Part shown: positions 1 to 12,860 of the stretch, one piece after another
Numbering within the stretch: position 1 is the stretch's first letter
Layout of the letters: the number at the start of each line of letters is the position of its first letter
Assembly (NCBI RefSeq): GCF_036321535.1
Contig: NC_087437.1
Location: 42,224,001 to 42,288,000 of the forward strand
From: Camelus dromedarius
Taxonomy: Eukaryota
Direction: 5' to 3'
DNA: 64,000 nucleotides
The notes under the pieces: model-generated
Told to the model about the DNA's origin: nothing
The model's input: only the letters and a program-made list of their open reading frames with translations
The model's database searches: none
Made by a program: the position numbers and the translations under genes

Positions 1-1858
1 CATCTTGATGGTCTGACCATTTGCCAGCTTTCCTGTTTCAGGCATTTGAGGGTTTAGGTAGAACAAGATGGTGCCTAAGAGCAAGGATCTAGAGTCATAA
101 TTCTGAAACTTGAATCCTGCTCGGCCATCACTGGCTGATATTTGGACAAATTCCTTAAGCCATATAAATGTTCATCTATCCTGATTCTTCCTCAATAAAA
201 TGGAAGGACCACAAGAGTACAAATTCTGTCCTTCACCATGGTACCCCTAGTACCCGGCACATTGCCTGGAGCACAGTGGGCACTTCGTAACCATTCGTTG
301 AATAAGAAAGTTTATAAATGAATGCATGAGTAACACTTACCCGAGTAATTCTTTTTGTTCATACAATTATCCACTACGGCAGACAATGCCCCACTTACCT
401 TCTGGTTTCTCACAGCACCTAACCCAGGGTTTTGGATGGAAGTATACATCATCATTTATGAATTTGAGTGCATTTTTAATTGGAACACATCACTGCATAA
501 CTGAAGCATCTTTCTCTGCCTTCCTGGTGGACAGAAGAGGGGTTTCAGGGAATGAAGGGAAGATGATATGGCAGAGTGACTTCAAGTCTCTCTCCTGGCC
601 TCTGGATCTCTTCTCCTTGGACTTTGCCCCTGTAGGGTAGAGCCTCGACGTTTTTCTCTTGAGAACCCTGCTTAGCCTTCAGGGTCAATAAACCTGATGC
701 CCAGATGACGAGCATCTTTTATAGCCATCAGGCACTAACCAGATTCTAGTTCTGGCTCCTCTGCAGCCCACCCGCACCACTTTCAGCAGGCCACGTCAGC
801 TGAGAGAACCGTGCTGGGCTTCACGCTCATTGTAAGGAGGGCTCCTGCTTGGCAGGGCCACTGTGGGACCGATGAGAGAGGGAGTGTGAAAGCACTGTGA
901 AAAGGATGACGTTGGTAGCAATGCTGATTTTTAATTAAGAGATGAAACTGGAGACTTGTTTCTGTATGAGATTTAGCGTCTAATAATCACGACGAGGCCT
1001 CACAAGTCAGTCAGTCTTTGGCAAGACTGTGCCACACAGACCTCAACAGAGATGTTTCTAGCACTACTACCCAGTTTAAAAATTATGGTTTAATTGGTAT
1101 ATGCTCCCTCAAACATTCCACAAATATACATGGAGCAGTTTCCTTGTGTCAAGCACTGTTTTAAGTACAGAGAAGAAGTTAGGAAGGAAAAGCCCTGATC
1201 GTGCAGCCTTACCTTCTAGTGGTGGAGCCAGACCTGTAAACAGCCCCCTCTGTGTGGCAAACACAACGAGAGGGGAAAGACCAGGGATACTTACGCTCTA
1301 CCTTGAAAAAGGCCCCTCACTGGTGCTGCTGCAATGTATATAGAGAGAGAAATGTCTAGAAAAATGGCCAGAATGTTCACTGTGGTGGTTTCTCAAATGG
1401 TACAATTTACAGTGAAATAAAATTTGTTTTCAGACATACACAAAAATTAAGATGATCAAATGATGTTTATGACCTATCTCATCAGAATGTGAACTCCTTG
1501 AAGCAAGAACTTTGCTTTGCTCACTACTTTATTCCTATTGTCTAGGTATATAGTAGGTGCTCAATAAATGTTGAATGAAAGAACAGAAACAAGGAAATGC
1601 AGAGCCTAAGCAGGGACTAAAATAATAGTTCAGATTGCAATTCAGGGGCATGCAGGCAGCAAGGAAGACACAGCAGACAGCTTGAGCAGATCTGACTGGG
1701 CAGGGCCTTGAATCCCAGCATAAAATTCTAGACTCCATTCTTCAGGAAATGGGGAGTACTTGCCCACTGAAATGAAGGGGTAAAGGGAGAATATTGTGTG
1801 ATTTTGTACCAGTCCATAGCCTGAAGGATGCCTGGCCCCATCTTTTGCTACAAAGAAC

Positions 1859-1923
1859 AAGGAAGGAAGGAAGGAAGGAAGGAAGGAAGGAAGGAAGGAA
1901 GGAAGGAAAGAAGGAAGGAAGAA

Positions 1924-1986
<63 letters not shown>

Positions 1987-2016
1987 GGAGGAAGGAAGGA
2001 AGGAAGGAAGGAAGGA

Positions 2017-2068
<52 letters not shown>

Positions 2069-2193
2069 GAAAGAAAGAAAGAAAGAGGAAGGAAGAGAAA
2101 AGAGGGAGGAAGAGAAAAGAGGGAGGGAAGAAAGGAAAAGAAAAAAGGAAGAAAGAAGAGAAAAAGGGAAGAAAGGAGAAAGGAAGGAAGGAA
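1859..2193 (+). repeat. Compound (GGAA)n/(GAAA)n microsatellite, 335-bp pure purine tract
   Basis: Read directly from the sequence. Confidence 0.97.
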
Positions 2194-3400
2194 CAGAAAT
2201 ACTCCCCATGAATAAATATGACATTCCGACATCTTGTTTTGGGCTCCTAATTGATGCAGAATTTCAAGCCAGCTAAGGCTCAAGGGCTTCATGTTCTCTT
2301 GCTGGTTGACAGAGGCCTTGAAAACAAAGTGAAAATGCTCCCATTTTCCCATTCCAATCTGCGCGCCACCATCTGCTGTGCTGATTCCCAGGGTGGCTGC
2401 CTCGGTGGGAACAGAATATGGATGGCCCAGGAAACCAGAGGCTCATCGATGCCAATGCAAGATAGACCTAGAGCCCTGAGGTCAAGAGGAAGCTTCTTCC
2501 TGATAGTCTGTCTTCAGCGATGCTGGGACTCTGTCCTCATCACACTGCGGCCTCATGTGGGCGAGCACAGGCAAGCAGAGTCCACGCACTGATCCGCTGA
2601 TCTCAACATGTGTGGAAGACATACTGCACGTTGTCCCGAAGAGTTTCTTCCTTTGAGAAGTGCTTAATTATTGTTGAAGCGATGTTTCCTGATATTCACT
2701 CCATCCCCTTCAAGCCCACTCCACCAGCAGACAGAGTGGTCCTCTCTAAAAGCAAATGCTGCCCATCACGCTCCCACTCCAAACCCTTCACTGGCTCTGC
2801 ACTGATCTTAGGGTAATGGTCAAGCCCCTGGCGTGGCCCTGGGGGCCCTGTCACTTGGGCAGTGTCCACTTAGCCACTCTGCTCCAGCCCTGTGACCTTT
2901 CCCCCCTCAGTTATGGCACACTCCTGCCCAACTCAGACCTTCTCCATGCTCCTGTTGTGCTTGGGGTTGTACTATCCGCTTTGGAAATCTGATCAGCTTC
3001 CACTTACCTTCATATTATGGGATAAATGTCATTACCCCAGGATCTGTTATTAGTCTCATGCCCTAGACCAGGCTGAAAAAATGCACGGGGCTCTCACAGG
3101 ATCCCCTCTGATCCTGGGACTCCCCCACCGGAGCTCACAACTCTATTAGGGTTAAGCAATTATTAAGCAGTTATTTGTTTAACATTTGTTTTCCCCATTG
3201 GACAGACCAAGTCAATCCTGGCACCATGCTGGCCTTGTGACCTTACTTAAACTTTCTTTATTCAGTACTGTTATCATCCTGTGCTGTCAATGGGTTAATA
3301 AATGCATGAAATGAGGAAAATCAGAGAGTGCATATTTCAACAGCTTTAGCTGTAAAGGGGAGGAGAGAGCTAGGACGGCAGCTGGAGGGCACTGTGAGGT

Positions 3401-3711
3401 TGTCGTAGTCTGCTCACACTGGATAACGAAATACCATAGACTGGGTGGCTTATACCACAGAAACTTATTTCTCACAGTTGCGGAAGCTGGAAGTCCAAGA
3501 TCAAAGTACCAGCGTGGCTGGCGATCTTCCTGGCTTGTAGATGGCAGCCTTATCTCCGTGTCCTCACATGGTGGGAGAGAGAGAACAGCTCTCTGGTGTC
3601 TCTTCTTATACTGGCACTAACACCATCATCACAGCCACAGCTCCAAATACCATCACGTTGTGGGTTAGGGATTTGACATACAAATTTGGAGAGAACACAA
3701 TTCAGTCCACA
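3401..3711 (-). mobile_element. MLT1-type (MaLR) solo LTR
   Basis: AAATACCATAGACTGGGTGGCTTA...CAGAAACTTATTTCTCACAGTT...GCTGGAAGTCCAAGATCAA is a MaLR signature. Confidence 0.75.
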
Positions 3712-4737
3712 GCAGGAGTTAAGACTTTTTATGGTGAAAAGTCCAGAGCAATCTTAAGTGCTGATGGTAGATGCCAGCAAAGAAGGGGAGGATGAAGCTT
3801 CAGGAGAGAGAGGGGAGGAGGAAATGGCTTTGTTTAGGAGGGTGCTGCTCCCACTGTGATACAAGGGGGTAAAGAGCATGTGCAGCTCCAAGTGACCTTT
3901 TCCACGTGGTGTCAATGAGCTAAGACAATTCCCAACTTCTTATTTCCTTTTTGAAGCAACCTGCAAGGGTATCTGCTGAGGGGCTGGTGTACAAGCCCAG
4001 GGGTCAGAGTTAGTGCTGGGTAAGGAAGATGCCACCCTGAGGCCAATGCTCCTACAGAAGCCGGACAAACCCAAGATGCTAGAGGCAGAGGGCAGAGGAC
4101 AAGTCCTGGAGCAGGGCTGGGAAGGAAGCCAATCTCTGAGTGGTAGTAGCTGAGTTCACCATCTGCCATCATTACAAGAGGAATATACACTCTTTGTAGA
4201 AATATTAGAAACTACAGAAAAATAGAAAGAAGAAAATATTTCCATGAACCAGAGAAATATGATCAGTCCTTTAGTATGCTGTATCTTTTCGGTCTTCTTG
4301 CTCTGTGAAACATGTATTTTTTTTTTCCTTTGCAAGAGGGGACAATATGCTTGTTTCCACTTACTAATATTGGGTAAATATTTCCCCACATTATTAAAAT
4401 TCTCCTACAATAACCTTTATAATGGCTGCATAGTGCTCTAGAAAAGCAAAAATAAGAGCAACAAAACCTAACTGGTCTGGAGTCAAATTCCAGCTCTGCC
4501 ATTTCTTGACCATGAGACAAAACTCTAGTCTCAGGTTCCCCTCCACCCCAACAGGGATAACAACAGAATTTCCCCCTAGGCGTGTTGGGGTGCTTATATG
4601 AGAAAAGGAATCACACGTTCTTAACCACAGTGCTGCGTATATGCTAACTGTTATCATTTCTGGAACTTATTTTATCAATTCCCTATTCTCTGCCTTTTGG
4701 GTTTTCAGGTTTTCACAACTATAAATGAGATGCAATG

Positions 4738-4906
4738 TAAAATAGATAAACAACAAGGTCCTACTCTATAGCACAGGGAACAATACTTTATAATAGCCTA
4801 TAATGAAAAAGAATATGAAAAGAATATATATATGTATAAATGAATCACTATGCTGTACACCAGAAATTAACACATTGTAAACCGACTAGACTTCAATTTA
4901 AAAAAA
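4738..4906 (+). mobile_element. Short L1 3'-end fragment nested in an older L1-like remnant
   Basis: Strongly similar to 17089-17265 (ATAGCACAGG...AATGAAAAAGAATATG...AATCACTATGCTGTACACCAGAAA). A-tail present, flanked by the direct repeat ATGCAATG (4730-4737, 4907-4914). Confidence 0.8.
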
Positions 4907-7900
4907 ATGCAATGAACAAATTACATACAAATCTTTGTGTTCCTCCATAATTATGTCTTGATGTGTAATTACCAGATCCAAAGGTATGCAAAGTTTGCAC
5001 ACATTTGACATGTGCTGTCAAACTATTCTTCAGGAGATGTGTAATGATTTATAATTAATTTGATGGCTCCTTGAAAAGCTGGCTATGAAATCCGGAGCCA
5101 GTGATGAATTATGAGTCATGAACTGGGAAGCAAGAAGCAACCAGCATTTGTAGGTTGGCCTGGTCCTGGGCAGGACTGCTGGCCTCTCCTCTCTCACCTT
5201 AGGGTCAGGCCCAGGCTCTGCCCCAAAGAATGTGACTGGCACTGAATGGCACTGAACTGACGCAGCGGTAGACAGAGGGGATCAGAAGACAGTGGGGCAA
5301 GCCTTAGCAGACCAATTAGAACAAAGCCCATGATGTGCTTCTCTGGATTACCCTAGTGTGTTACTCACTATTGCCAAGTACTGTTGATACATTTTTTTAG
5401 ATACTACTTCCACATTGTAATTAATTCATATTAACAGCATACATATATAATTTTGTGGGCTGTCAAATACGTTGACTTTTCACACTGTGATGATCCTTTA
5501 TTCTGAGATTATATCCTTTCTACTTTTTTCTTTTTAGTTTAATGTTCTTTTAAAGTTGTAGTGAGGGTACTAATAGGTAGTAGATATTTTAGTCTTTTAA
5601 TTAGCAAATAAAAGTTGGCTGCCTTTATCGGTCTTCTAATTTTAGCTTTAAATTTTATTGGCCCCCAGAATCCGTATGTCTGGAAGCCAATGTCCAGGTG
5701 ACACATAAGCTAGTCTTTAAACCTTCATTTGTCCAACCAGTGTTCAGTGAGTGGCTGCTGAGCACAAGATGAACAGGAATATTTCCCTTGACACAAAGAA
5801 CTTACAGTCATGGGGTCACACGTTAGTGTAATACCACGGAGGCTGCAACACCATTGGCTCTGGGGGTGACAGAGAACGACAGAGAGCTGGGGGGGAACAT
5901 GGGGATGACACTGCATCCCAGGGTCCCCTCACTTCCTAATACTTACAGGAATTGCTTAACTCATTATTAAATGTTAAAGCCCAGGGGAAATAAAACTCAC
6001 TACAACCAACACCTCCTCATAGTTGCAAAATACATATCTCAGAAATTAAAAGGACAAAATCGGACTGAATCCAGGAGAAAAGTAGAGGTAAAATAACCCA
6101 GACACCAAGATTTATCGCTGTAAGTGGAAGAAATCAGCTGTAGCTTTAAAAAGATATTTATTAAGCAACTGTTTGGTGAAGGACAACCCAAGGAAGGAAA
6201 ACCAACGTCTAATTTCATAAGACAGGTACATGAGAGCTGTAGCAAACTTCTAACATCCACAGAAAACTTAAATAAAAAGAAACACAGAACAAAATATCAT
6301 TAGTGACATTTATGACATACTGAAGCAACACAAACCGACCAAGTTGTAAATTCTACACAAACCTAGAATACAGCAAGTATCAGTGACCCAGGAGGTCATG
6401 CTGTTTAAATATATTTATGTGAGCAAGTGCTCATTAGAACCCTAAACCTATAGAGTTAAAAGTGAAAAGTACAAGTATTTTTGTCATTGGAGCCAGAGAA
6501 ATGTTCAGACTTGAGATACTGTAATCACAGAAAATCTTTCAAATTATTCTTCCCAAATACGTTCTCAGGGGCTGGGAAGCAGAGCAGTTCTTCTGGAAAG
6601 AACATCTGTAAACATTTTGGCAGACTGCTTTGAGTGTTTATGTGAGGCGTGCTTTTCGCAGGCCTTAATGGTTTGCCATTAAGCTGGTAGTCCCTTGAGC
6701 AAAGGGCATGGGTCACAGCATATATTATTAGTTGGAATCCCAGGAAATATCCAGGAAATTGGGAGGGGCATAGGCATGGCAACTTTTGTTTTTTAAAGGC
6801 TGATGATAATTCAACCAAAAAGGCTAAACTCCAACCCCCTGCAAGAGTTTGCATTCAAAAGGAAAAACACAAAACGAGTTTCATCCAAACCTCTCCCATC
6901 ACCTGTTAAACAGATTATTGTCAAGAATGAACACGACCGAATTCGTTTAATGTGAATAAATAAATGACGTGAGCTTAGAGCAGTTAGCGTTTGCCACCAG
7001 CACATTGCTTTCTGTTGATTTTGACATGCAAGTCATTCTCTGGATAAAAAATATTTGCATTATCAATTCAGTAAATTAACATCAGTCACTGATCATGTAG
7101 TTAAATTCCAATGGGATATATCCAAGCTAGTGTTGTAATTTAAATTGCAAAGCAATAATAGGAGAATCATTTGATAATGAACTGTGAATGACGTTATCTT
7201 TATCTTTTAAAGACGTTATTTGCTAAATTAGATACAGCATTTCTGAGAGCAGAAAACTCTATTCTATTACTTAGACACTGTGACAAGAAATTCTGATATA
7301 TATATGTGTGTGTGTGTGTGTCTCATTTTAAAGATGTACACACTGTTTTTTAAAAGACGGGAATAATTTGAGGCACCAGTCTTGCAAAAAGTCTCACAGT
7401 TTTTTTTTAATGTTAAATTCAAGTATGTCAATAATGAAAAACAGCAAAAAAAATCATAGCTAAAATTGTCAATGTTGAACTAATAATTGTAAATTGTGAT
7501 GGTTTCAGGTTTTTAATAAAAGCATTAGAGTGAAAAGGCTGGAATTTCCAGTCAAATGCCTTCACAACAACCTTTATTGGTATAAAAGTTGATTATAAAG
7601 AAATACGTTTCCAAGCTCTGGCCTGACTCTAGAAATGTTTCTAAATTTCACTGCCACAGAACTTACAATTTTGAATAATTATAAATGAGTGTTCTCCTAA
7701 AAGCAATTATTCAAAAGTTTTCTCATACAGTAGTCACCTCCTACGATGAAAATGATCAACCCTTGATGTCATGACACAGAGTAAGCTGTGGTGATAGAAA
7801 CCTCAAGTCTAGATAACCTGAGGCATGGAAACATAGCTTGTAACTGAAACCAATTCCTTTCCTTACATTAATGAAGAATACACCAGCAGCCACACTAACT

Positions 7901-9673
7901 ACATCTACACATTTGACTGGTTTGTGTGGGAACAGCCCATTTTGAATTCATTTTGAGCCAAACACACAATACAGGGAGAGGCACAGTCCCTTGAATGCTG
8001 AAGAACAATTTGATCCAGTGTCAACTGGAGATGTTTACATCATAATTTTAAGATATTACCAGCTAGAACATAACACACATGTGACCGTGGGTCACTAAGG
8101 ATAAAATCCTTGATTTATGAATCTCTAGAGCTTAGAACATACCAGGTACATACTAAACGTCAAATGATGGACTTTCAGGAACAATTTTCCTCATGTAAGT
8201 TCCTCTTTTCCCTGAGTCTTAAATAATTTATGGAGTATGATGAAACAAAGAATTTACAAACAATAGAAAGGTGACGGTATATGAGGGCAAATTAAAGATC
8301 CTTTTCTCTAGACATATTCTCTGAGTTCCAGTGAGGGCCAGTCATGGTCCTTGCTATGGAAACTATTCCCTGTGAGTGAATTAGGATGAGATCATGGACA
8401 TGAACCTACAAGAAAGAGGAAACCATTGAATAATTAAAAATTAGGTCTGTTCTGCTCTAAAGCAATCAACTGTGGGATGGAAGTCAAAACTTTTCTTTTT
8501 TTTTTTTTTTTTTGCTTCTTCCTTCTCAAATAGGATGTATTTGTAGACAAAAATTCTAAGGTTTCAGGAAACTGAATTACCTCTTTGAGATTTACTGGGT
8601 TTTATTTAGGACAATAATGCTGAATGACCTAATTATATTCCAAGGGCTTAAATGAATCAGTATTTCTTTAAAATACAGATGCACTTCCACGAATTAACTA
8701 AATAATCAGTTTGCTAAAATTCTGCATCTAGACTAAGCTAACAGAACAGTTTTAGCATTAGGAAGGATTTCAGAAATATTTCTCTAGAGAAATTATTCTA
8801 ATTATGATTATGTTTCCATTTTCCTAAAATAAATAGTCAATTATTTCAGCATATAATCTTTACTTTCGGTGGGAGAAAAATCAGTCATGGCAATAATTTC
8901 CCTAATTGGCTCAACTGGTTCCATAGTCAAACCAATAACTTCATGTAGGAAATGTTATACAACTTAATATTGCATGGGATTACAAAAAATCATTTTTGAA
9001 GTAATATATTTAATGTGCAAAGAGTTGACTGTAAAAGGAGCAATGTGAATATAAATGAAAAATTTAGATTTATACCCAAAATGTACAATATTTAGTTGGT
9101 GTCTAATCATTCATAATTATGAATAAGAGGGAGACTGGAAATCCAAGTAAACATATCTAGCAGATAAGCAGTGAGATGTAAATAACATAACTAATTTAGA
9201 GACAAGACATGGCATCTGGCGTTTTGAAATAAATGTCTGTAAGATTTTTAAAGTTTTGAATAGCAATAAGCAGTAGCATTTAAGGGACTCTGAATTTTTC
9301 ACTACTTGAAAAATTGCTATGTTCATTAAGTTCCTATAAACTTTCCAGAGTAAGTTATTATTTCTTTATTCACAAATCAAAAACTTATGATTGACTTAAG
9401 TATTTTTAAGCCATATAAGCTAATTTGTGATTTTCTTTTTTTAATTAAGTCTCATTTCCTGAATATTAATGTGTAATCCAACCTAATTAAAAAATGCATA
9501 TTATATTTTATATCCATTTTCTTCCAAGCATAGATTATAGGGCATTTAGGTGTAATCTTTACAATTTATCATTCTAACACTCTGCTATGCTAATTTCACT
9601 ATAAAAACATTTCAGAGAATGAATATTTATTTTTAAACATTTTTATAAGATTAACAATAATTTTACATACATT

Positions 9674-10005
9674 CTAGGGCTGCATTGCCCACTATGGTAA
9701 TCACTAGCCACATTTGACTATTAAATACTTGAAATTGACTAGTGCAAGTTGAAGAACTGAATTTTTAATTTTAATTCATTTTAGAGTTAAGAACTTATGG
9801 TTGTTTTAGTTATTAGAAAACTTTTAAGTGTGTTTGGATGACTTAGGTTTATGAATCTACTTTTTCTTCTGCAAATTTTATATTTCAATCCATCAATTAT
9901 CAGCAATGAACACTCAATATCCAAGTGAATGTGAGCTGAAAATCTAAACAAACCAGATTTTAAAAAAAAGTAAAATTCTCATTAATAATTTTTACATTGA
10001 TCACT
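9674..10005. mobile_element. hAT-Charlie MITE remnant (MER3/MER33-like)
   Basis: ATGGTAATCACTAGCCACAT...CTATTAAATACTTGAAAT...GAACTGAATTTTTAATTTTA signature. Confidence 0.6.
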
Positions 10006-10482
10006 TACATACCTTGTGTTACACTTCTCTTAGATGGTGCTGAGCTGGAGCTCTGTGAAAATGGTTAGTTTTTAAAAGTCAGGTTTTAAATTTTTTACTT
10101 TAATGTCATTCTTTTAATCAAACTTTTTAAAATCCTCATGAAAAAGAAATCGGGGTTAGAAATTATCCAGTCAGAAGTGATTTAATTGCCCTCTCTACAC
10201 CTCCTCTTTTCTCTGAATTGCAGAGCTCTTGCTAGCACCAACAGCAGAATGCAAAAATCATAGGCAGTGAATATGCAGAAATCGTGTATGAGAGCACTGA
10301 TGAGTGTGCAATCAAATCAAACTGCTCACATGCTACAAATTCTATCCTTTCTTTCCTCCAATTGTTTCCAGACTATGTGTCCCTAATTCCAAAATTAACC
10401 TTCACCTTCCTCCCAAGTTCTGCTGTGCTATGGCTTCTGGCTTAGAATAATAAGCGATGACTTTGCTCAGCAATGTGGTTGG

Positions 10483-10787
10483 TCATGTATTAATACTAGA
10501 TTCTGTCCAGGCCCGAGAACTTTCATCCTTCAGAGTGGAGAGCTTCCTCTGGGAGAAGGGTTCAAACCCCAGAAGTCTGAACACCGCCACCCGGTACTTC
10601 TTGGACATGATGTTGTACAGGATGGGGTTGATGGCAGCGCTGAGGTAGAAGAGGACAAAGGACACGAGGTTGCAGTACTGGCTGATCTGAGCAATCTCCA
10701 AGGAGCCAGGCTCGAAGGATTTGGAAAATAAATATCGCCCTACGTGGAAGGGCAGCCAGCAGAGGATGAAAGCGAACACCACTACAG
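10483..10787 (-). CDS. GHSR: GHSR coding exon 2 (TM6-TM7 and C-tail of isoform 1a)
   Basis: Acceptor TTTCAG|CT (AG at 10789-10788). Encodes AVVVFAFILCWLPFHVGRYLFSK...NPILY...SSINT-stop. 796+305=1101 nt, i.e. 366 aa, the known GHSR1a length. Confidence 0.98.
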
Positions 10788-12860
10788 CTGAAAGGACAAT
10801 GGGAAGGAGAACATCAGTTCAAGAAACGTCACAGCAAATCATGTTCTACTCTGAAGACGTGGTTTTGTTTTGATCATGTGTGGCATGACCATTGACTTCA
10901 GAGAAATAATCATGTTCTACTCGTCCCCATTCCTACATTTTAACTAAGATTGAGTGTCTGACCCAACAGTTCAACCATTTTTACTGAGCTACCAAGCCAT
11001 TTCTATTTAACCACCATTTGAGTGACTTTGTGCTTGAGTTGACATCCTGACTCAGGTGACTAGACAGTCTATTCACAATAGCTCACCATTTTATACATGT
11101 CAGATAAAACCAAATATACATGAGATAAAGTGGTTACACTCAACCACAGTTCTCTATCAGAGTCTCCTGGGGCACAGAATCCTTGGATGTAATAGAGACT
11201 CACTAAATTAAAATCTCTAGGAAGGAGAAGAGGACATCTGTTTTTTTTCTTTTCTTTTTTTCTCTTTAAAGTTTCACAGAGGACTGAACATGCAGTCAGA
11301 ATTGAGAGCCACTGGGATGGATGAGAGCCACTGGGATGTATTTGCCACCTACAATAAATATAAGTAAGGTATAAAGCACCATAAACCAACTAACCTTAAT
11401 AATCACCCAACCAAGTCTTCATTTTGCCCATGTAAGGCAATTTTTTTCAAGACCTCTGAATTTTTAAATTAAGTTTAAAAAATTCAGAAATCAGAGGAAA
11501 AATAACAGGAAATAATATTTTAGCCCTTGAACGACTTCTGTGATTCCCTTCCAATTGTCAAAGCAGAAGAAAATTAACATTGGTGTGAAGACAACACCAG
11601 TGAGGATAAAATTAACAGCTTAAAAATAAAATTAGAGGAAATTATTAAACTTATTCTCAAAACTAAGCTGCATAGTAGCAGCTGACTGCCACAGCAGTAA
11701 CATGAATATTAAAGTCCCCTGGGGGGCACTCGAAGGTTTATGATCTGTTAGTCATCTTGTGAGACTCATTGGTCTAGAAAAAACATTTTTTGACATTCTT
11801 TGAATAAACTCTTACTTTAATATACAGGGTTCCAGGAACTGTAAAATTACAAACAACATCATCCTGGAATGAATTCTAAGAAGTACTAAATCTGTAAATA
11901 AGCACAAAATGTTGAGTATAATGTCCAAATAATAAAATGTGCAGATTCTGGTTTTGAAAGGCAGGTAGAATTGATATTTTGCTTGGATGTGAACATATTT
12001 TGTATTACTTCACTTGTACCAAACACATACACTTAAAGAAGCTGACTTTATGCACTATTTAAATATTTAGCACACACTCCAGTTGTGACACTGCGCCCAG
12101 ATGTTCTCTGAAGGACCGTTTGTGGAGGGACAGTAAGTCTGGTCAGCTTCCACAAAGGCTCCTTTTCTCATGTTGGAAGCCTACCCATCCTAGCTTATTC
12201 TATCCTATCCTACCTGGAGAGATGGGTAATCATGAAAATAGAGATTACAGCCCTGATTTGTCACTGACTTCCTTAAAAAGCTGTATAAACAGCACCCAGG
12301 TAAACAGAATTGATGCAAGTATCTGAAAAAAAAATGCAAGTCAGAAAGCAAGTGACAATGTTGAAAGAAAAATGAATCTTCTCTGACAATTATCCACAAT
12401 GATCATGTCTTTGGTTAAATTTACCACTTAATATTTTCTAGATCCAATTTCTGCTCCACCCCTCTACACTATCTGCCCTGCCCCCAACCTGTGCTTTTCT
12501 TAATGCAATTTAGGTATTCATAAGTTAATTGAGGCCGGAAGCTTAACCTCACCGTTAACACTTAAAAGACCATGACAGACTTTTTAATGAAAGATCTCAG
12601 TTTTGAAGGAAAGTTTCTGGGCTGATTTAAAACACATTTTAGAGAAATACAAAGATATGACATCTTTCCATGAACGAGAGAAAGCAAAGACCAGAAGAAA
12701 GAGGCACAAAGAAATAGAGACCAAAGAGAGGGTTAAGACAGTGACAAAAGAGAGGAGAGAGGATAGGAGAGAAAAAGAGAGGGAGAGAGACAGAGAGAGC
12801 AAAAAAGTAACATACAAAACAGAGAGAGAGAACAGAGAAACTAGACACCAAAGAAAGAGC

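Noticed and set aside
1642..2352. Long ORFs rich in K/E/R or F/L/S
   Set aside because: They are translations of the stop-free GGAA/GAAA microsatellite.
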